From Azolla caroliniana (taxonomy: Eukaryota > Plantae > Polypodiophyta), in assembly GCA_043228905.1 (NCBI GenBank), contig JBHGNT010000883.1, forward strand, positions 1-14,280: DNA of 14,280 bases. Direction: 5' to 3'. A program made the translations under genes and the position numbers. Shown piece after piece: positions 8,498-14,280 of this stretch. Within the stretch, counting starts at the first letter, position 1, and the number at the start of each line of letters is the position of its first letter. The notes beneath the pieces were generated by a model. It made no database searches, had not been told where the DNA came from, and worked only from the letters and a program-made list of their open reading frames with translations.

Positions 8498-8854
8498 TGT
8501 GAACGGACAGACCGGAATCGGTATGCCGATCCGGATCCGGACCGGTTCCGAATATGTGCTGGCTGGCAACATTTTGTACTCAGCACCGGTGACCTATATA
8601 AAGGCCCGGTTACAATGTAAAACTTTGACGGATAATTAATAGAGATTCTTGTTTTATCTTTAAGTGTTGATTAGCGTTCTATGCTAATTGTTCTATCATA
8701 CACGTGTATCAAGTCTAATGCCATATTGCTAAGTAACCAATTAAAGTTTGAGTAATCGTTGTGTCTTAAGTTATCTTGCCGTAACACCCTTTGGTGAAGT
8801 GTCTTCCGTAGACACCCTGTGTTAGGCCATTGTCTGGCCCTAAGGAATAACACA
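8498..8854 (+). repeat. 5' LTR (357 bp)
   Basis: TGTG…CACA inverted termini, CCGG-rich U3, TATATAAAGG near 8595, followed by GTTTTTGGCGAC. Confidence 0.82.
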
Positions 8855-8859
8855 GTTTT

Positions 8860-8870
8860 TGGCGACAACA
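8860..8870 (+). promoter_or_regulatory. Non-Met primer binding site (TGGCGACAACA)
   Basis: TGG start 5 nt after the LTR end. TGGCG-type PBSs are usual in non-chromovirus gypsy elements; the cognate tRNA is not determined. Confidence 0.6.
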
Positions 8871-8907
8871 ATTCCTGCACAATCGCAACGAACAACGGCG
8901 GGAATGG

Positions 8908-11109
8908 ATGACTAGACCAACGAATGACCCGGTTACGGAGCGAGCAAGGAGACTTGTTGAACGACTGAGGAAGCGAGAGGCTTTCTAACAAGCGGCAGAA
9001 GAAATCAGAGCGGATGGCTCATTTTCCAAGGTAATCCGGAGAGTGGCCAAGGAGTCACTTCGTTCACAACAAAACGACTACCCGGACAAAGGAACTAGCC
9101 TAAGCAGCCTTCGGGAAGCGGAATCCCTTCTCCAGGCATTGGCTGCGGGCAAAGGCGAATCTGAAGCATTTTCGGCTTTTGAATCGGATTCGGAAGGGGA
9201 ATACAACGCGCATACGAACTACCGCAGCAGTAATGACACCCCAAACAGACCGCAGGACGAGGAGTCGGATACCTTGCCAACACCGGAACCAGAATTGACA
9301 AGGCTGGAAACTTTGGCACCGGAAGTTGAGCAAACCCCGGAACCAGAAGTCGATGAAGAGAAACCTCTGACATCGGAAGTTGAGAAGGAGAGGCCTCCAA
9401 CACCGAAAGAGGAACAAGAAAGACCCCCGACACCGAAAGAGGAGTGGGAAAGACCTCTGACGCTGACAGAGGAGGAGGAAATACCACCGACACCACCAGC
9501 CCACGTACCGACACCAGAAGACGATATGCCATTCCAATATCCTAGATACCGGGATGATCCGGACGCGGAAGCCCACATCCATGTGTTTCAGCAGACCTAC
9601 GAGGCAAACCATGTGTCCCAACTCTTAAATGCGGCCGAAGAGGAGCACTAAAAAATGGTAGAGTTTGGCATGACCCTGGAGGGACTGGCCGCCAAATGGC
9701 ACCAAACACAAGATCCCAGCACCATCCCCACATTTGAAGCATTAAAGACCAAATTCTTGCATTTCTTTCACAAGGAGATGGACCAACAAGAAATGGTAGG
9801 CCTATTTTACATTATCCGGCAAGAACCAACGGAGAACATTCAACAGTTTGTCATCTGGTTCTAGTGGATCCACAGTCAACACAGTCGGGCACCACCGGAG
9901 GAAGAAACAAAGGCAATATTCTTAGCAGCACTCCGGGAGCCCTTACGAACGGTGTGCACCGTCATTGATTTCCGCACCAGCAGCATAGATCAAGTGATCG
10001 ACCGAGTTCAAGAAATGGAAAAATCAAGTTCATGGCTAACCATGGACGCACTTCAACGTGCACTACCGATAGATGAGAACCTCCGATTTCGGCAAGCAAT
10101 TCAATGTACGACATGCCTCAATGCCAGACATTCGGCGCTGAAATGCACCATGCGTTCCCAATCCTTGCTCTACCACTCCAGAAGTCACACAATGGAACGG
10201 TGTGAGTATAACTTGTTAAATCGGCAAGCACCACCAGTCCCGCAAATTGAACCACAAAGCAACCGGGAGGAAGAAGAATGCTGGCAGCGAGAGGAGCGCT
10301 ACCGGCCGGCACAAGATGTCTGGTACAACGATCGAAGAGACACTTATGACCGGTATGATAGACAGGATAGATACCAGGACTATAATAGACGGTACGAGAG
10401 ATACAACCGGGATCACTCCCCTGGTTATAACCAACAATGGGACGACTATGGCAAGTATGACGACCAACCCTGTCAAGGTTACCGAAACAAAAAGAATTTC
10501 AACAAGAAACGTCATTTCAACAAAAAGGGGGGTCATCCACGGGAACCGGAAAAGGGCGCTCCAAGCAACCAACCGGACCAAAACCAAGCACTTACCACAG
10601 GACCTCAACCGGGTGCGGGCACAAACGCCGAATCCAACAACACCCGGAAGGCGTACTGCTATTATTGCCGGCAAGAAGGTCACTATAGTAACCAATATCC
10701 GATGAAGAGCTACGACAAGCGACCATCAGTGAACATGGTAGACGCGGAAGTCGCGGACTTACAACAAGTCACTACAAGATCAAAAGGCAAAGCCATGGAG
10801 TGGGAAACTCCAGAAGCCATCCGGAAGCAGGCAACCGAATGGGTGAAGAAGGCAAACGAGCGGAATGTGGCAGAGCTCGAACAACAAAAGGAGAATGCCG
10901 AAGAGCTCACCGGCATAGGGCAGCCCCAAAACCCAACATGGCAGGCGTTACAAGAATGCCAAATAACGTTGCGGTTAGGCCGGCTATTGCAACTTGTACC
11001 ACGCTTCACGGAAGGACTAAAGATAAGAATGACGGCAACCGACACACCACCGGTTCCGGCATTCTTTTCAAATCCGGAGGAAGGACCGGCGGTAGTAGAC
11101 ACGAGCAGT
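8908..11109 (+). pseudogene. gag: Gypsy gag (capsid and CCHC knuckles) plus gag-PR linker, with in-frame stops
   Basis: ATG 8908 is in frame with ORFs 9043, 9655 and 9952; stops at 8986, 9649 and 9862. Capsid-like motifs YRDDPDAEAHI…FGMTLEGLAAKW…TFEALKTKFL…IRQEPTENIQQF; CCHC-type motifs at 10105, 10162 and 10657. Confidence 0.88.
9358..9507 (+). repeat. In-frame 30-bp tandem repeat, 5 units, in the gag N-terminus
   Basis: EKPLTSEVEK / ERPPTPKEEQ / ERPPTPKEEW / ERPLTLTEEE / EIPPTPPAHV with a 30-nt period. Confidence 0.8.
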
Positions 11110-11420
11110 CCGGCAATCACAGCCATCGTGAAAGGAAAAGAGCTACCCTGCACGATTATCGATGGAGGATCCGGCGTGAATGTGATCAGCCTCTGAACGT
11201 GTAACACTCTAGGAATCCATGACTGGGAACCATGCCCGTTTTGGCTTCGAATGGCGGACACAAGCTCAGTACGGCTGACCGGATTAATACGTGATCTGGA
11301 AGTGACCATTGGGGGGTCACACATTTCTCATTTTGGCAATAGTTCTCCAGCTACAAGCTCAAGGAGCTTACCCACTATTGTTGGGACACCCTTGGTTAAA
11401 AACAACACACATCAAGCAAA
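11110..11420 (+). pseudogene. pol: Aspartic protease
   Basis: IIDGGSGVNVI (D at 11161) and LLLGHPWL. Same frame as gag; TGA at 11194 and a frameshift in the G-run near 11311. Confidence 0.88.
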
Positions 11421-11869
11421 ACTGGAGGAAGAATATAATTATATTCCGGCGTGGAAAAGCGAAAGTGCGAGTATCGACTCAACCACGGTCGGGTACCGGC
11501 AAGGAATTGACCCCGCTATATGCGAAATGTGTCAACATGGTGGAAGGATTAGCGGACGAAGAGGTCGATCAATACTTACAGGAAAATCCGAAGATCGTAC
11601 CTCTGTTCGAAATTGATGTAGCCGAAGCAGTATCACCGTACATATTGCAACCGGACAGGACTGACGAGGAACCGGATAAACAAGCGATCCGAGAGTTACG
11701 GCAAGCACAAGAAGCACTGGAAAGAGAAATGGCAGTGTCGCAGTGTGTAAAAGCATCCCAACTAGAAGAGGTAAACCTAGGTACCACAGAGGACGCAAGG
11801 CCGGTTCACATCGCCAAGGAAATGACCCCGAAGAACAAAACGGCAATGATCACACTCCTAAAAGAATTT

Positions 11870-12800
11870 CGTGATGTGTTCGCCTGGTCCTATGAGGACA
11901 TGCGGGGACTCGATCCTCAGTTGTATCAACACTAGATACATCTGAGTGAAGACGCCAAACCGGTAGCGCAACGGCGTTACCAGATGAACCCGAAATACGT
12001 AGCAAAAGTCAAAGAAGAAATCGACAAGTTGCTAAGGGTTGGCTTCATCCGACCTGTAAAGAAAGCCACATGGCTCAGTCCAATAGTCGTAGTACCGAAA
12101 AGGAACGATAAGATAAGAGTTTGCATCCACTACTGGAAATTGAATGCGGCTACGGTAACGGACGCCTTTCCACTTCCATTCACGGATGGAGTTTTGGATG
12201 CGGTCGCCGGTCATGAGGTGTACAATTTTGTAGACGGTTTCAGCTGTTATAATCAGATCCGGATGCACCCCGACGACCAGGAGAAAACCGCTTTTGTCAC
12301 CGAATAGGGTGTCTTTGTTGCCGTAGTTATGATGTTAGGACTGAAAACAACGCCGGCAACCTTCCAGCGGATCATCATGGAGATTTTCGGAGAATTCATT
12401 CCGGCATTCATGCAGTTTTCTTGGACGACTTCGCTATTTATAGCCGTGAAGGGGATCACCTTCAGCACCTCCGGCTATGTCTGGAGATATGTAGGGTTTA
12501 CCGGCTAAGCCTGAACCTGGCAAAATGCGTGTTCGGAGTGTCCAGCGGAGCATTACTTGGCCACATCGTTAGCAAGGACGGTATTGCAGTGGATCCGGAC
12601 AAGGTTAAAGCTATTTGGAGGCACCGGCACCAACCACAGCAAAGGCATTAAGCGAGTTCTTAGGACAAATTCGGTGGTACAACCGAATGCTCCGGTATCT
12701 GGTAGACCTAGCTACACCATTGCATGTCGTGGTACATCGGACACCGTTCCAATGGACGGACACAGAAGACAAGGCTTACTGGGCACTAAAAGTACTATTG
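11870..12800 (+). pseudogene. pol: Reverse transcriptase (RVT_1)
   Basis: FRDVFAWSYEDM, WLSPIVVVPK, FPLPFTD, DGFSCYNQI, DQEKTAFVTE, FLDD at ~12418-12429, LNLAKCVFG, LLGHIVS. Stops and frameshifts present. Confidence 0.95.
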
Positions 12801-13210
12801 TCACAAGCGCCGGTGGTACAACCTCCGGATTGGTCTAAAGAGTTCCATGTGTTCGTTGACGCGTCCGACATCGCAATCGGGAGCGCACATATGCAACTTA
12901 TAGAACCGAAGTGGTACCGGCCAGTGTATTATGCTAGCCGGAAGCTGTCCCAAGCAGAACGTAATTATTCCACAACAGAAAGAGAGGCCTTGGGCATGAT
13001 CTACAGTGTCACCAAGTTTAGACACTATTTGTTGGGAACGAAATTTTCCTTTCACGTAGATCATTCGACGCTCCTCTATTTGGTGTCCAAAGCATCACTC
13101 ACCGGTAAGTTGGCCCGATGGACATTATGATTACAAGAATTCGAGTTCGAGATATTCCACCGACCCGGCATACAACATGCGGTAGCAGACTATTTGAGCC
13201 GGTTAGATTT
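12801..13210 (+). pseudogene. pol: RNase H
   Basis: PDWSKEFHVFVDASDIAIG, PVYYASRKLSQAERNYSTTEREAL, FHVDHSTL, LARWT, QEFEF, HAVADYLSR. Confidence 0.93.
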
Positions 13211-13439
13211 TGGTGAAACCGTGATGGCGTCCCAGACGAGTTCCCGGACGTAGAGCTATTTAGAGTCACAGCAGAAACGGCAACGGATGGTACGGTCACA
13301 GAGTAAGACAAGTGGCTCACCAACATGCACCAATTCCCTGAGCACCGGCTTACCTCCGGAGGAGATGAACAGAGACGAGAGGAAACGCTTAGCGGTTCAA
13401 AGCTGGCACTTCTGTCTATTATAGGACACACTGTACCAC

Positions 13440-14280
13440 AAAGGCGCAGATGGCATATGGCGGCGTGTAGTGCAAAACGACGAAAAGGACATAATATTGC
13501 ACGAAGCACAATGTGGAGTGGCTGGAGGACATTATGCCGGAGACGCTATGGCAAGGAAAATATGGCAAAGTGGACTATGGTGGCCAACCACATTGAAGGA
13601 TGCAATCCGGTACGCTAAAGAATGTGACCTATGTCAGCGAATGGGCCAACCAACCGAACAAGCCAGGATGCCTCACCAGCCCGTGCTACCGTTAGAACCA
13701 TTTCAGAAATGGGGGCTAGATTTTGTCGGTCCATTCAAACCACCAGCAACCGATACGTGATTGTCGCTACGGATTATTGCACAAAATGGGTGGAAGCCAA
13801 AGCACTATGCGACAACACCGCGGCATCCACGACAAAATTATTATATGAATACATCTGGTGCCGGTATGGATGTCCGATAGAGCTAATAAGTGACCAAGGT
13901 GGGCACTTCTTAGGGCAAGTAGTGGGAAGTTTGACGACATTCTATGTGGTGGTGCACAAACAGAGCACTCCTTATTACCCGCAAGCCAACGGATTAGCCA
14001 AGTCAACAAATAAAACACTACAGAACATCCTTTGAAAAATTGTCAATGAGAACCAGACGGATTGGGATACAAAGCTACACAGTGCACTCTGGGCCTATCG
14101 AACGGCATATAAGACAAGTATCCGCACGACACCGTTTCGCCTAACATTCGGATTGGAGGCAGTGATGACGGTCGAGTTCCAGGTACCGAGTTTACGAATA
14201 CAGATTCGGGAACACCTAAATGAGAAGGAATCAGAAGCGATCCGGTTAGCCGCGTTGTGCAAATTGGAAGAACACCGGCT
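13440..14280 (+). pseudogene. pol: Integrase (HHCC finger and DDE core), continuing beyond the window
   Basis: HEAQCGVAGGH…CDLC, PFQKWGLDFVGP, DYCTKWVEA, ISDQG, YPQANGLAKS (catalytic E>K at 14000-14002), WDTKLHSALWAYRTA. Confidence 0.94.

Larger units (their letters stand above)
8498..14280 (+). mobile_element. Ty3/gypsy LTR retrotransposon, non-chromovirus type, 3' end outside the window
   Basis: 5' LTR, PBS, and gag-PR-RT-RH-INT in gypsy order. The RT motif DGFS(G)YNQI is typical of the plant non-chromovirus (Athila/Tat/Ogre-related) group. Confidence 0.95.

Noticed and set aside
7755-8854. One 1.1-kb 5' LTR for the + gypsy element
   Set aside because: The left part contains an antisense integrase tail and a PPT; TGTG…CACA termini define a better LTR at 8498-8854.
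11300-11320. Programmed ribosomal frameshift at the G-run
   Set aside because: It falls inside the protease domain and the element has several other indels, so decay is the simpler explanation.
9095-11846. Several long antisense or alternative-frame ORFs (e.g. 9100-9621, 10216-10695, 10710-11324)
   Set aside because: They are shadows of the gag-pol frame with no recognisable motifs.

Overview
This window is eukaryotic, almost certainly land-plant, repeat-rich DNA; a bryophyte/moss origin is an inference from the retroelement types. I see no host gene, RNA gene or prokaryotic system. It is a nest of decayed LTR retrotransposons. (1) 1-1743 (+): a Ty1/copia gag-protease-integrase fragment, split by a 289-bp solo LTR (824-1112, TSD AATTT). 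(2) 1744-2676: an LTR, a PBS-like site and a repeat-rich leader remnant, probably on the - strand. (3) ~2677-6645 (-): a Ty1/copia element with 5' LTR and tRNA-iMet PBS. Its gag is split by a second solo LTR (5405-6046, TSD GATGT/GATGC), it lacks the rest of gag, PR and INT, and it carries two diverged tandem copies of the linker plus RT N-terminus ahead of RT/RNaseH. (4) ~7017-7754: an AT-rich 124-153 bp tandem array. (5) 7755-8497 (-): the 3' end of a Ty3/gypsy element (integrase GPY/F tail, PPT, short LTR). (6) 8498-14280 (+): a better preserved non-chromovirus Ty3/gypsy element inserted into (5), with a single gag-PR-RT-RH-INT frame broken by stops and frameshifts and running off the window. 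The interest lies in the nesting history and some unusual element architecture; I cannot support a novel biological system.
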